A DNA stretch of 64,000 bases from Chrysiogenia bacterium (GTDB lineage: Bacteria > Acidobacteriota > Aminicenantia > UBA2199): NCBI GenBank assembly GCA_043826505.1, contig JBDRQC010000008.1, forward strand, positions 114,125 through 178,124, read 5' to 3'. The position numbers and the translations under genes are program-made. A model generated the notes under the pieces. It was not told where the DNA came from, did not search any database, and worked only from the letters and a program-made list of their open reading frames with translations. Below, in pieces: positions 27,153-37,150 of the stretch (the stretch's first letter is position 1; each line of letters opens with the position of its first letter).

Positions 27153-28292
27153 TTGGACTATTTATTGAGCGAAGAGCAAAAAATGGTCGGGACAATGGTG
27201 GAAAAATTTGCCAGGGAGGAAATTGCTCCCCAGGCCAGGGCGAACCAGGCGCAGGAGATTTTTCCTGCTGAAATCATCAAAAAAGCCGGCGCGCTTGGCT
27301 TGATGGGCATCGCTTATCCGGCAGAGTATGGCGGCAGCGGCATGGATTATGTATCCTACATGCTGGCCATCGAGCAGATCTCGCGTTATTGCGCATCGAC
27401 CGGAGTCATCATCTCGGCCCATTCGTCGCTTTGCATCGATCCGATCTATCGTTTCGGTAGCGAAGAACAGAAAAAAAAATACCTTCCTTCATTGTGCAAG
27501 GGGGAAAAGATCGGCTGTTTCGCTCTGACCGAGCCGGGTGCCGGTTCCGATGCCGGTTGTTTGAAAACAGTCGCTGTTCAGGACAATGAGCACTGGGTAT
27601 TGAATGGCGGCAAGCATTTTATTTCCAATGGTTGTGAAGCCGATGTGGCGGTGGTCATGGCTTTGACCGAGCCGGCGCAAAAGACGAGAGGCATCAGCGC
27701 CTTTATTGTCGAGAAAGGGACACCGGGTTTCAGTATTGGCAAGAAGGAACATAAATTGGGCATCGGCGCCTGTTCGACAGCCGAGCTCATCTTCGAAGAC
27801 TGCGCCATCCCCAAGGCTAATTTACTTGGTGAAATCAATAAAGGCTTCAAGATCGCCATGATTACCCTTGATGGCGGCAGGCTGGGTATCGCTTCACAAG
27901 CGCTCGGCATCGCCAGGGCTGCATTGGAGGATGCCTGTAAATACGCCAAGGAACGGGAGCAATTCAATCAACCTATCGCCAATTTCCAGGCAATTCAATG
28001 GATGATTGCCGATATGTGCACTGAATATGAAGCCGCCTGGCTGTTGACTTACCGGGCCTCGTTGCTGAAAGACAAGGGGGTCAATTATTCCAAGGAAGCG
28101 GCCATGGCCAAGTTGAAGGCCTCTGAAACCGCTTCCTTTTGTGCCAACAAAGCCATTCAAATACATGGCGGCTATGGCTATACCAAAGAATTCGACGTGG
28201 AACGATACCTGCGCGATGCCAAAATAACAGAAATCTATGAAGGCACGAGCGAGATCATGCGCGCAATAATTGCCGGGGCCTGCTTGAAATAA
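27153..28292 (+). CDS. Acyl-CoA dehydrogenase (butyryl-CoA dehydrogenase-like)
   Basis: FALTEPGAGSDA, LNGGKHFISN, KLGIGACST, LDGGRLGIASQ, RDAKITEIYEGTSE. TTG start after AGGAGG. Confidence 0.92.
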   Translation: MDYLLSEEQKMVGTMVEKFAREEIAPQARANQAQEIFPAEIIKKAGALGLMGIAYPAEYGGSGMDYVSYMLAIEQISRYCASTGVIISAHSSLCIDPIYRFGSEEQKKKYLPSLCKGEKIGCFALTEPGAGSDAGCLKTVAVQDNEHWVLNGGKHFISNGCEADVAVVMALTEPAQKTRGISAFIVEKGTPGFSIGKKEHKLGIGACSTAELIFEDCAIPKANLLGEINKGFKIAMITLDGGRLGIASQALGIARAALEDACKYAKEREQFNQPIANFQAIQWMIADMCTEYEAAWLLTYRASLLKDKGVNYSKEAAMAKLKASETASFCANKAIQIHGGYGYTKEFDVERYLRDAKITEIYEGTSEIMRAIIAGACLK

Positions 28293-28302
28293 AAGCGACC
28301 CC

Positions 28303-31300
28303 ATGAATCGTATCAGAGTCGTAACCGCGGCAGCCCTGTTCGATGGACATGATGTTTCCATTAATATCTTCAGAAAACTTCTGCAGAAAAAAGGGGTTGA
28401 AGTCATTCATCTCGGCCACAACCATGCAGTCAAGGAAATTGTCACAGTAGCGGTCCAGGAGGATGCCGATGCGATCCTGATCAGCTCCTATCAGGGCGGC
28501 CACAATGAATTCTTCCGTTATGCCGTTGACAGCTTCAAGCAGCTGGCCATCAGCAATATCCTCATCTTCGGGGGCGGCGGCGGCGTCATTCTCCCCGCCG
28601 AGATAAAGAAACTGGAAGCCTATGGGGTCGAAAAAATCTATCATGCCAGCGATGGTCAAAAAATGGGCATCAACGGCATTGTCGATGACATTATCGCCCG
28701 GATAAACAGAAAAAAAGAGGATAGCACGGACATTGGTCTGCAGGATATCGACGCTGCTCAAGTCGCCAGCTTGAATGTCTCAGCCCACCAGAGCATCGCC
28801 AAGCAGATCACCTTCATTGAAAACAACCTGCAAGTTGGTGATGTGTCGGCCGCCTATAAAAAATTATATGCCGCCCACGATCAAAAAAAATCTCTGGTCC
28901 TGGGCGTCACCGGAACCGGAGGCAGCGGCAAGAGTTCATTGATCGATGAATTGATCAACCGCTTCCTGAAAATCACCAGCGATTTTTATATCGGGGTGCT
29001 GACCATTGATCCAACCAGAAGGGTTTCCGGCGGAGCCCTGCTAGGTGACCGCATTCGCTTCAATAATATCAATGATCCCCGGGTCTACTACCGGAGTTTT
29101 GCCACCCGTGAAAGCAAATCGGAAATCACCCTGGCGCTGCAGGACGTCATCGCGGTTCTCAAGGCCAGCGGCTTTGATCTGATCATCGTTGAAACCAGTG
29201 GTATCGGCCAGGGAGACAGTCGCGTGATCGATTTTTGCGACCGTTCGGTCTATGTGATGACCTCGGAGTTCGGCGCCCCTTCACAACTCGACAAAATCGA
29301 CATGCTGGAAGCGGCTGAATACATCGTCATCAATAAATTTGAAAAAGCAGGTTCAGAAGATGCGTTTCGCGAGGTCGCCCGCAATTACCTGCATAACCAC
29401 GATATCAGGTTGTCCCCGACCCAATCACTGTTCGAACTCAATATCCCGGTTTATGGCACCAGCAGCAACCAATTCAATAACCATGGCCTGAACAAACTGT
29501 TCAGTGACCTGCTGCAACTGGTGATTAAAAAAAGCAATCACAAAATCGCCGTCAGGGAAAATCTGCTTGGGCTGATGCCTCTGGAGTGCAAATTCGATTT
29601 CGGTACCATTGCCAGGAACCGCACCCATTACCTTGCAGATATCGCCGCGGCAATTAATAAGTATCATCTTCAAGCCCGCGAGCAGGCGCAGATCGCCGGT
29701 CAGTGTGACAGCATCAAACAGAGTCTGGAACTGTTTGCCGAGGAAGAGACCAAGCTGCCCATGCAGCGCAAATATGATGAGCTGTGTGCGCAATTGAGCC
29801 TCGAGTCCAGGCAGATAATGGACCGCTGGGAGCAATTAAAGGCAAGTTACAGCCAGGATGTCCTGACCTACAAGGTTAAAAAGAAAGAGATGACCGTCGA
29901 TCTTCACAGCCAGACGATCTCCGGCCTGAAGATTCCCAAAGTGGTTCTGCCCGGCTATGGTCACTGGCATGACCGCCTGCTGTTTTTCTTCAAGGAGAAC
30001 CTGCCCGGCTATTTCCCATTCACCGCCGGTGTCTTTCCTTTCCGCCGCATCGATGAAGATCCCAAGCGCCAGTTTGCCGGCGAAGGCAGTGCCCGACGCA
30101 CCAATAGCCGTTTTCACTATCTTACCGCCAGTGAACCGGCGAAACGATTATCGGTGGCCTTTGACGGGATTACCCTTTATGGCGAAGATCCGGCTTCGGA
30201 ACCTGACATATATGGCAAGATCGGGGAAAGCGGGGTCAGTATCTGTACCATCGAAAACATGGCTGAGCTCTTTGCCGGCTTTGACCTGACCGATCCGCTC
30301 ACATCAGTTTCAATGACCATCAACGCTCCGGCGCCGATCATGGTGGCCATGTTTTTCATGGTTGCCTACCAGCAGCAATTGGAGAAGTTGGGGCCGGATG
30401 CCACTGCAGAGCAAGAAGCTGAACTGAAAGTGGCAACCTTCAGGCGCTTGCGCGGCACCATCCAGGCGGATATCCTGAAAGAGGACCAGGGACAGAACAC
30501 CTGTATTTTTTCCATCGACTTTGCCATGAAGCTGATCGGCGACGTACAAAAATACCTGTCAGAGAACAGGATCGAAAATTATTACTCTTTGAGCATCAGT
30601 GGTTATCATATCGCCGAAGCCGGGGCCAACCCTATCACCCAGCTTGCCTTCACGCTGGCCAATGGCTTTACTTATGTCGAGTATTTTCTCAACTGCGGCC
30701 TGAAAATCGATGAATTCGCTCCCAATCTTTCTTTCTTCTTCAGCAATGGCATGGAAATGGAGTATTCGGTCATCGGGCGCGTGGCCAGGAGGATTTGGGC
30801 CATAGCCATGCGGGACATTTATCACGGCAATGAAAGAAGCCAGAAACTGAAATACCATATCCAGACCTCGGGCCGTTCATTGCACGCCCAGGAAATCAAT
30901 TTCAACGATATCCGCACCACCCTGCAGGCCCTGCTGGCTTTCAATGATAATTGCAATTCACTGCACACCAATTCCTATGATGAAGCCATCACCACCCCGA
31001 CCGAAGAATCGGTCCGGCGTTCGATGGCCATTCAGATGATCCTTTCCAATGAATTCGGGCCGCTGAAAAATGAGAACCCTCTGCAAGGAGCGTTCATTAT
31101 TGAAGAATTGACCGATCTGGTGCAAGAAGCCGTCCTTGCTGAGTTCAACCGCCTGTCATCGCGCGGCGGCGTGCTGGGAGCAATGGAAACGCAATATCAG
31201 CGGTCGAAAATTCAGGAGGAATCACTGTATTATGAAGAACTGAAGCAGTCCGGCGCCTACCCTATCATCGGCGTCAACAAATTTGTCAGTGAAAAACAGG

Positions 31301-31551
31301 AAAATCCCCATGATATAATGAATATCACCCGCAGCTCGAAAGAGGAGAAGGAGCGGATACTCGGTGAACTGAAATGTTTCCAGGAAAAAAACCGGGAGCA
31401 GGCAGAACGGGCACTGGAAAAGCTGCGGGAAGTGGCTCTCGGCAGCGGCAATATTTTTGCCGAGCTGCTCGACACGGTGCAGTATGCTTCTCTGGGTCAG
31501 ATCACCCGGGTTCTCTATGAGGTCGGCGGCCAGTACCGTCGCGGAATTTAG
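28303..31551 (+). CDS. icmF: Fused isobutyryl-CoA mutase (B12-binding + MeaB GTPase + mutase)
   Basis: FDGHDVSINI B12 motif, GTGGSGKSS, ETSGIGQ, DPKRQFAGEG, KEDQGQNTC, ISGYHIAEAGA, LHTNSYDEA; 1082 aa. Confidence 0.95.
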   Translation: MNRIRVVTAAALFDGHDVSINIFRKLLQKKGVEVIHLGHNHAVKEIVTVAVQEDADAILISSYQGGHNEFFRYAVDSFKQLAISNILIFGGGGGVILPAEIKKLEAYGVEKIYHASDGQKMGINGIVDDIIARINRKKEDSTDIGLQDIDAAQVASLNVSAHQSIAKQITFIENNLQVGDVSAAYKKLYAAHDQKKSLVLGVTGTGGSGKSSLIDELINRFLKITSDFYIGVLTIDPTRRVSGGALLGDRIRFNNINDPRVYYRSFATRESKSEITLALQDVIAVLKASGFDLIIVETSGIGQGDSRVIDFCDRSVYVMTSEFGAPSQLDKIDMLEAAEYIVINKFEKAGSEDAFREVARNYLHNHDIRLSPTQSLFELNIPVYGTSSNQFNNHGLNKLFSDLLQLVIKKSNHKIAVRENLLGLMPLECKFDFGTIARNRTHYLADIAAAINKYHLQAREQAQIAGQCDSIKQSLELFAEEETKLPMQRKYDELCAQLSLESRQIMDRWEQLKASYSQDVLTYKVKKKEMTVDLHSQTISGLKIPKVVLPGYGHWHDRLLFFFKENLPGYFPFTAGVFPFRRIDEDPKRQFAGEGSARRTNSRFHYLTASEPAKRLSVAFDGITLYGEDPASEPDIYGKIGESGVSICTIENMAELFAGFDLTDPLTSVSMTINAPAPIMVAMFFMVAYQQQLEKLGPDATAEQEAELKVATFRRLRGTIQADILKEDQGQNTCIFSIDFAMKLIGDVQKYLSENRIENYYSLSISGYHIAEAGANPITQLAFTLANGFTYVEYFLNCGLKIDEFAPNLSFFFSNGMEMEYSVIGRVARRIWAIAMRDIYHGNERSQKLKYHIQTSGRSLHAQEINFNDIRTTLQALLAFNDNCNSLHTNSYDEAITTPTEESVRRSMAIQMILSNEFGPLKNENPLQGAFIIEELTDLVQEAVLAEFNRLSSRGGVLGAMETQYQRSKIQEESLYYEELKQSGAYPIIGVNKFVSEKQENPHDIMNITRSSKEEKERILGELKCFQEKNREQAERALEKLREVALGSGNIFAELLDTVQYASLGQITRVLYEVGGQYRRGI

Positions 31552-31562
31552 GGAGGTGAAAG

Positions 31563-32084
31563 ATGATGAAAGCTGACCGGATCGACCAACTATCCAGAGA
31601 AGAATTGCTCATACTGACACAAGTATATGCCAAAAACTGGCTTGCTCATGATGGTTCATGGTTCCTTTCCATTGAAGAGAAATACGGTTTGGCCAAGAGC
31701 ATCGAAATCGACATCGAGTCGTGGCGGAAATTCACCGTTATTGAAGCCGCACGCCTGATCGAGTTTCTGCAATTGGGGAAAAATTCAGGTATTTCAGGTT
31801 TGAAAAAAGCCCTGGCTTTTCGCCTCTATGCCTCGCTGAATGAGGACGAAATTGTCTCCATTGACGAAAACACATTTGAATACAGGGTCAAAACCTGTCG
31901 GGTGCAGCAGGCCAGACGACGTAAAAATCTGCCCGATTTTCCCTGCCAACCGGTGGGACTGGTGGAGTATGGCCTCTTTGCCAGTGCCATCGATGCCGCT
32001 TTTCACACCGAAGTCGTCAGTTGTCCGCCGAATATCACCCGCCCCGAGCATTATTGTATCTGGCGCTTCCGCCTCGGCGCTTAA
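31563..32084 (+). CDS. DUF6125-like uncharacterised protein
   Basis: NWLAHDGSWF, CRVQQARRRK, FPCQPVGLVEY, SCPP...YCIWRF pattern. Family assignment from memory. Confidence 0.6.
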   Translation: MMKADRIDQLSREELLILTQVYAKNWLAHDGSWFLSIEEKYGLAKSIEIDIESWRKFTVIEAARLIEFLQLGKNSGISGLKKALAFRLYASLNEDEIVSIDENTFEYRVKTCRVQQARRRKNLPDFPCQPVGLVEYGLFASAIDAAFHTEVVSCPPNITRPEHYCIWRFRLGA

Positions 32085-32137
32085 ACCCTATTTCAAAAGC
32101 AACCGGCCGCAGGTTTTCTTAAGGACATTCCTGCAGG

Positions 32138-32950
32138 TCAAATCTCCGGTACGCTTATTATGCTTTCGAGCACATCCCGGGAACGTTTATCGTCGGGGTT
32201 GGCTTCGATGGACTTGCGCAGCGTTTCTACCGCATCGTTGATCCTGCGCAGATTGTAATAGGACATGCCGAGATGGTACAGGGCTGCCTTGTCTTCGTGG
32301 CTGGCTGCAATGACCTTCAGGAAGTGGGGAATGGCTTTTTCGTGCTGGCCGAGGGCATTCAGATTGATACCCAGGTGATAGTTGGCAATGATCGAGTCCG
32401 GGTTCATTTCCAACAATTTCGTGAAAGCCGTGATGGCTTTCTGCTGACTCCCCTGGTGGTAGTAGGCAATGCCCAGCCAGTAGTAAGCGCCGATGAATCC
32501 AGAGTCGAGATCAAGGCACTTTTCAAAGCTGCCGACCGCTTCGCTGATCCGGCCGCTCCGATAATAACTGATGCCCAGGTTATAGTGATCCTTAGCCTGG
32601 CCGGGATTGGTTTCAATGGCTTTCCTGTAGCTGGCGATGGACTCGTTTATGGCCCCGGCCTGGTAAAACAGTTCACCCAGGATACTGTGAATGTAGGGAT
32701 TCTGCCGGTCCACCTCAAGCAGGTTCTTGGCTGCCTCGATGGCTTTCTTGATCTTGCCCTTGGCTTGCAGCAGGTTCAGCTGATATACCCAGTAAGAAAC
32801 GCTATTGTTTTTTTTTATGGGCTTTCCGCACAGCGGACAGAAGTTGTACTTGACTGCCAGTTCATCTCCGCACTGTTCGCATCTATTAGCCATTTCTTTC
32901 CCTGCCGCGGATTCCTTTTTCCCGCTTTCATCATCATGATCAGCTGTCAT
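32138..32950 (-). CDS. Zinc-ribbon + tetratricopeptide-repeat protein
   Basis: CEQCG...CPLCG followed by about six TPRs (YNLGISY, YWLGIAY, YHLGIN, YHLGMSY). SD GGAGG. Confidence 0.85.
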   Translation of the reverse strand: MTADHDDESGKKESAAGKEMANRCEQCGDELAVKYNFCPLCGKPIKKNNSVSYWVYQLNLLQAKGKIKKAIEAAKNLLEVDRQNPYIHSILGELFYQAGAINESIASYRKAIETNPGQAKDHYNLGISYYRSGRISEAVGSFEKCLDLDSGFIGAYYWLGIAYYHQGSQQKAITAFTKLLEMNPDSIIANYHLGINLNALGQHEKAIPHFLKVIAASHEDKAALYHLGMSYYNLRRINDAVETLRKSIEANPDDKRSRDVLESIISVPEI

Positions 32951-32979
32951 TTTAGCCTCCAGGCTTCATTTTCACAAGG

Positions 32980-33008
32980 ATTGTAAGCGCGAAAGCGGAA
33001 ATTGTCAA
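32980..33008 (-). promoter_or_regulatory. sigma70-type promoter of the TPR gene
   Basis: TTGACA (33008-33003), 17 bp, TACAAT (32985-32980). Confidence 0.7.
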
Positions 33009-33047
33009 TTCGTTTAAATACTCCAGATTTTTTATGCGTTACTTTGA

Positions 33048-33076
33048 TTTACTTTTTCATAAAAATAGTTTATATT
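33048..33076 (+). promoter_or_regulatory. sigma70-type promoter of the HMG-CoA synthase operon
   Basis: TTTACT (33048-33053), 17 bp, TATATT (33071-33076). Confidence 0.5.
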
Positions 33077-33136
33077 AAAGGGCCATTTAAATAATTTTTT
33101 CGTAAATGTGCAATCTCAAAAAAAATGGAGGATGCA

Positions 33137-34183
33137 ATGATTGGAATAGTTGGTTATGGCAGTCATATTCCGCGCTACAGGATCAAGGTCGAGGAAATCG
33201 CCAAAGTATGGGGCGCGGATGCTCCCGCCTACAAGAAAGGCCTGGGATTGAATGAGAAATCGGTGCCGGCACCGGATGAGGACTGCGCTACGCTTGCAGT
33301 GAACGCATCCCGCAACGCGCTGCGGCGAGCCAACATCGACGCCAAACAGATAGGGGCCGTATATGTGGGAAGCGAATCCCATCCATATGCAGTGAAGCCT
33401 ACTGGCACTATCGTGTCCGAAGCTTTGGGCGCCTGTCCCTTTGTCCATACCGCGGATCTCGAGTTCGCCTGCAAAGCCGGTACTGAAGGCATGTTTATCG
33501 CTCTGCACCTGGTCAAGTCAGGCGTTGTGCAATATGCTTTGGCTGTGGGCGCGGACACATCCCAGGGGGCGCCTGGCGACGCATTGGAATTTTCGGCAGC
33601 AGCTGGAGCTGCCGCTTTTATCATGGGTTCAAAAAACCTGGCGGCGGAATTACTGGACACTCATTGTTATATGACCGATACCCCGGACTTCTGGCGTCGT
33701 GAACACGCCTATTACCCGGAGCACGGCGGGCGTTTCACCGGCAAGCCCGCTTATGAGAAACATCTCTTTAACGCTACCAGCGGAATGCTGGAAAAAGCAA
33801 AACTGAAACCAGAAGATATCAGCTACGTGATTTTTCACCAACCAAACGGTAAATTCCCGGTCAACGCTGCGCAAAAACTGGGTTTCAAGGAACCGCAATA
33901 CAAATTAGGCCTGCTATGTCCGACATTAGGCAACACCTACTCCGGTTCATCGCCCATGGGCCTGGCGGCAACCCTTGACGCGGCTGAAGCCGATCGATTG
34001 ATTTTGCTGGTTTCCTACGGTTCCGGTGCCGGCAGCGATGCCTTTGTTTTCCGTACTACCAAAAAACTGCTTGAAATTCGCGATATGGCTCCAAAAACTC
34101 GCAAACAGCTGGATGAGCACAAACAGTACATCGAATACGGAACTTACGCAAAATTCAGGCGCAAGATCCTGCGGGCAGAGTAA
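33137..34183 (+). CDS. Hydroxymethylglutaryl-CoA synthase, archaeal type
   Basis: About 350 aa. [25 protein letters not shown] (Glu), [11 protein letters not shown] (Cys), FHQPNGKFP (His), [17 protein letters not shown]. Confidence 0.9.
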   Translation: MIGIVGYGSHIPRYRIKVEEIAKVWGADAPAYKKGLGLNEKSVPAPDEDCATLAVNASRNALRRANIDAKQIGAVYVGSESHPYAVKPTGTIVSEALGACPFVHTADLEFACKAGTEGMFIALHLVKSGVVQYALAVGADTSQGAPGDALEFSAAAGAAAFIMGSKNLAAELLDTHCYMTDTPDFWRREHAYYPEHGGRFTGKPAYEKHLFNATSGMLEKAKLKPEDISYVIFHQPNGKFPVNAAQKLGFKEPQYKLGLLCPTLGNTYSGSSPMGLAATLDAAEADRLILLVSYGSGAGSDAFVFRTTKKLLEIRDMAPKTRKQLDEHKQYIEYGTYAKFRRKILRAE

Positions 34184-34194
34184 GGAGGAAATCA

Positions 34195-35349
34195 ATGAAT
34201 GAAGTAGCAATAATAGGAGTCGGGATGACGAAATGGGGAGAGCTGTGGGAAAAATCTCTCCGTGATATTTCAGTGGAAGCCGCCTTAAAATGCCTGGATG
34301 ACGCTGGCGTCGACAAAGTAGATTCTATAACCGTGGGCACCATGTCCGGCGGGTTGTTTAACGCCCAGGAGCATATAGGGAGCCTGGTGGCTGATTATCT
34401 CGGACAGCGTTTCGTCCCTGCCACCCGCGTGGAATCCGCTTGCGCTTCCGGTGGATTGGCCGTAAAATCAGCCTACATGGAAGTGGCTTCCGGCTTATCC
34501 CAATGCGCGCTGGCCGTGGGTGTGGAAAAAATGACCGACGTGGATGGAGGCGATGCGACATTTGCTTTAGCCACTGCATCCGACTATGATTATGAAGCTT
34601 TCCACGGGATCACCTTCCCCGGGCTTTACGCCCTGATGGCGGTCGCCCATATGAAAAAATACGGCACCAGCCTCGAACAATTGGCGCAGGTTACGGTAAA
34701 AAACCATCACAACGGCAGCCTGAATCCCCATGCGCAGTTTCCATTTGCCGTAACCCTGGACCAGGTCATGACCTCCACGATGGTAGCGGATCCAATGCGC
34801 CTGCTTCATTGTTCACCAATCACCGACGGCTCGGCCGCAGTGCTGCTGGTTCCAGTGGCCGTGGCCAAAAAAATGAACAAGCCATACGCCGTGATCACTG
34901 GGATCGGTCATGCTTCGGATACCATTGCTTTGTGCCAGAGGAAAGATTTTGCCAAGCTGGAGGTAGTGGAAGTCGCCGCTCAGCGGGCGCTCAAAATGGC
35001 CGGAAAAACCATACGCGACATCAACTTTGCCGAAGTCCATGACTGTTTTTCCATTGCCGAGATCATGGTAATGGAAGCCTTGGGAGTGGCAGAACCAGGT
35101 CAAGGCGGACCGGCAACCATGAATGGCTTGACCGCCCTGGCAGGTGGTTTTCCAATTAATCCCTCCGGCGGTTTAAAGTCCAAGGGCCATCCTGTAGGCG
35201 CCACGGGCGTGGCTCAGGTAGTCGAAGCGGTCATTCAACTGCGCGGACAGGCAGGACCGCGGCAGATCAAGAACGCCCGGACAGCTTTAACTCAAAATAT
35301 GGGCGGCTCAGGCGCCAGCAGCGTAATTCATATATTGGAGGCACGATAA
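34195..35349 (+). CDS. Acetoacetyl-CoA thiolase, archaeal type
   Basis: [45 protein letters not shown]. Confidence 0.88.
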   Translation: MNEVAIIGVGMTKWGELWEKSLRDISVEAALKCLDDAGVDKVDSITVGTMSGGLFNAQEHIGSLVADYLGQRFVPATRVESACASGGLAVKSAYMEVASGLSQCALAVGVEKMTDVDGGDATFALATASDYDYEAFHGITFPGLYALMAVAHMKKYGTSLEQLAQVTVKNHHNGSLNPHAQFPFAVTLDQVMTSTMVADPMRLLHCSPITDGSAAVLLVPVAVAKKMNKPYAVITGIGHASDTIALCQRKDFAKLEVVEVAAQRALKMAGKTIRDINFAEVHDCFSIAEIMVMEALGVAEPGQGGPATMNGLTALAGGFPINPSGGLKSKGHPVGATGVAQVVEAVIQLRGQAGPRQIKNARTALTQNMGGSGASSVIHILEAR

Positions 35350-35753
35350 TGGCAATGCATGTAGCTAGAAATTGGCGGGAAACTCCCGAACGTTACCGGA
35401 TGGAAGCGGCCAAATGTAAAAAATGCGCTGCCATTCACTTCCCGGCACGACTCATTTGCCCCGAATGCCAGGCAAGGGAATTCGCAACCTTCAGACTTTC
35501 AGGGAAAGGCGAACTGGCAACCTTCACCATTATCCGGGTCGCCCCGACCGGGTTCGGAGACTTGACTCCCTATGCCGTGGGCATTGTGAAATTGGATGAA
35601 GGCATCCACATCATGGCCCAGATCGTCGACTGCAACCCCGAAGAACTGAAAATTGGTGACCGTGTCGTGTCCCAATTCCGCCGCATCAACCAGGAAGGAA
35701 AAACCGGCATGATCATCTACGGCTACAAGTTCGTACCGGATCTGGGATTGTAA
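35349..35753 (+). CDS. DUF35 Zn-ribbon/OB-fold scaffold protein
   Basis: CKKC...FPARLICPEC, PYAVGIVKLDEG, YGYKF. Translationally coupled to the thiolase. Confidence 0.9.
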   Translation: MAMHVARNWRETPERYRMEAAKCKKCAAIHFPARLICPECQAREFATFRLSGKGELATFTIIRVAPTGFGDLTPYAVGIVKLDEGIHIMAQIVDCNPEELKIGDRVVSQFRRINQEGKTGMIIYGYKFVPDLGL

Positions 35754-35785
35754 AATCAAATTAATAGGATAGACACAACATATCC

Positions 35786-37135
35786 ATGTTCAAACGAATT
35801 CTAATAGCCAACCGGGGCGAAGTGGCCCTGCGCATCATCAAAGCCTGTAAAAAAATGGGCATAGAAACCGTTGCGGTTTATTCCACGGCGGACAAGGATT
35901 CTCCCCACCTCGCTCAAGCTGACAAAACCATATGCATCGGCCCGGGACCCAGCAGCCGCAGTTACCTGAACCGCGAAGCCATACTCCAGACAGGTATCGA
36001 TAGCGAATGCCAGGCGATCCATCCCGGTTTCGGTTTTCTGGCGGAAGACCAGTTGTTTTCCTATATGTGCCGGCAGCATAAATTGAATTTCATCGGGCCT
36101 ACTCCCATTTCCATCCAGGTCATGGGCAATAAATCCCAAGCCAAGCAAACCGTAAAGCAGGCCGGGCTGCCGACCATTCCAGGATCGCAGGGAAATCTGA
36201 AAAACATGGATGAGGCCATGGCCCTGGCCAATGAGCTGGGGTACCCGGTTCTATTAAAAGCAACAGCCGGAGGAGGCGGAAAAGGCATCCGCCCCTGCTA
36301 CCATAAAGAAGAATTTAAAGACCTTTGTCTCCAGGCCAGCATGGAAGCCGAAAAAGCCTTCGGCTGCGGCGATCTGTACATGGAAAAGCTGATCCTGAAA
36401 GGACGGCATATCGAATTTCAGGTACTGGCCGACGCTTTTCACAACGTGATTCACCTTGGTGAACGGGAATGCTCCATCCAGAGAAAGAACCAGAAACTCA
36501 TCGAAGAATCCCCATCCCCGGCCATGGACCCTGAAATCCGCGGTAAAGTTGGCGCTCAAGTTGCGGAAGCCATGAAAAAGATCGGTTACCTTAATGCCGG
36601 AACCATCGAATTCCTGATGGATGAACATAAAAAACTTTACTTCATGGAAATGAACACCCGGCTGCAGGTGGAGCATCCGGTGACCGAGATGATCACCGGG
36701 ATAGATATTGTGGAGGAGCAGATCAAAATCGCCGCCAACCATCCTTTGTCTTTCACTCAGGAAAATGTTTCTTTCAGCGGCCATGCCGTCGAGTGCCGTA
36801 TAAACGCTGAAGATCCGGACAACGATTTTGCCCCTTCTCCCGGTGTCATAACCGCTTTCAGCCCCCCACTGGGCGCAGGTCCAGGCAAAATTCGCCTGGA
36901 CACCCACGTGGCGGCAGGATATGAAATACCTTCTTTTTATGATTCCATGATTTGCAAAATCATCGCACACGGCGAAGATCGCGCCACTGCCATTCGAACC
37001 ATGGTGAATGCGCTGAGAGCTTTCGAGATCAAGGGTATTAAAACCACTATCCCCCTTCACCTTGAAATACTTGATTCGAAAATATTCAAAGCAGGAAATT
37101 ATCACACTAATTCTCTTGCGGAAATCATGGGGTAA
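35786..37135 (+). CDS. Biotin carboxylase (stand-alone AccC-like subunit)
   Basis: ILIANRGEVA, IHPGFGFLAE, KATAGGGGKG, RECSIQRKNQK, EMNTRLQVEHPVTE, FYDSMICK. No fused biotinyl domain. Confidence 0.92.
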   Translation: MFKRILIANRGEVALRIIKACKKMGIETVAVYSTADKDSPHLAQADKTICIGPGPSSRSYLNREAILQTGIDSECQAIHPGFGFLAEDQLFSYMCRQHKLNFIGPTPISIQVMGNKSQAKQTVKQAGLPTIPGSQGNLKNMDEAMALANELGYPVLLKATAGGGGKGIRPCYHKEEFKDLCLQASMEAEKAFGCGDLYMEKLILKGRHIEFQVLADAFHNVIHLGERECSIQRKNQKLIEESPSPAMDPEIRGKVGAQVAEAMKKIGYLNAGTIEFLMDEHKKLYFMEMNTRLQVEHPVTEMITGIDIVEEQIKIAANHPLSFTQENVSFSGHAVECRINAEDPDNDFAPSPGVITAFSPPLGAGPGKIRLDTHVAAGYEIPSFYDSMICKIIAHGEDRATAIRTMVNALRAFEIKGIKTTIPLHLEILDSKIFKAGNYHTNSLAEIMG

Positions 37136-37150
37136 GGGAGGGGTAATAAA

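Noticed and set aside
33137-35753. Triad as a phlABC (DAPG acetyltransferase) cluster
   Set aside because: The HMGCS catalytic Glu/Cys/His are intact and no type III PKS (phlD) is present; the acyl-CoA context fits HMG-CoA chemistry better.
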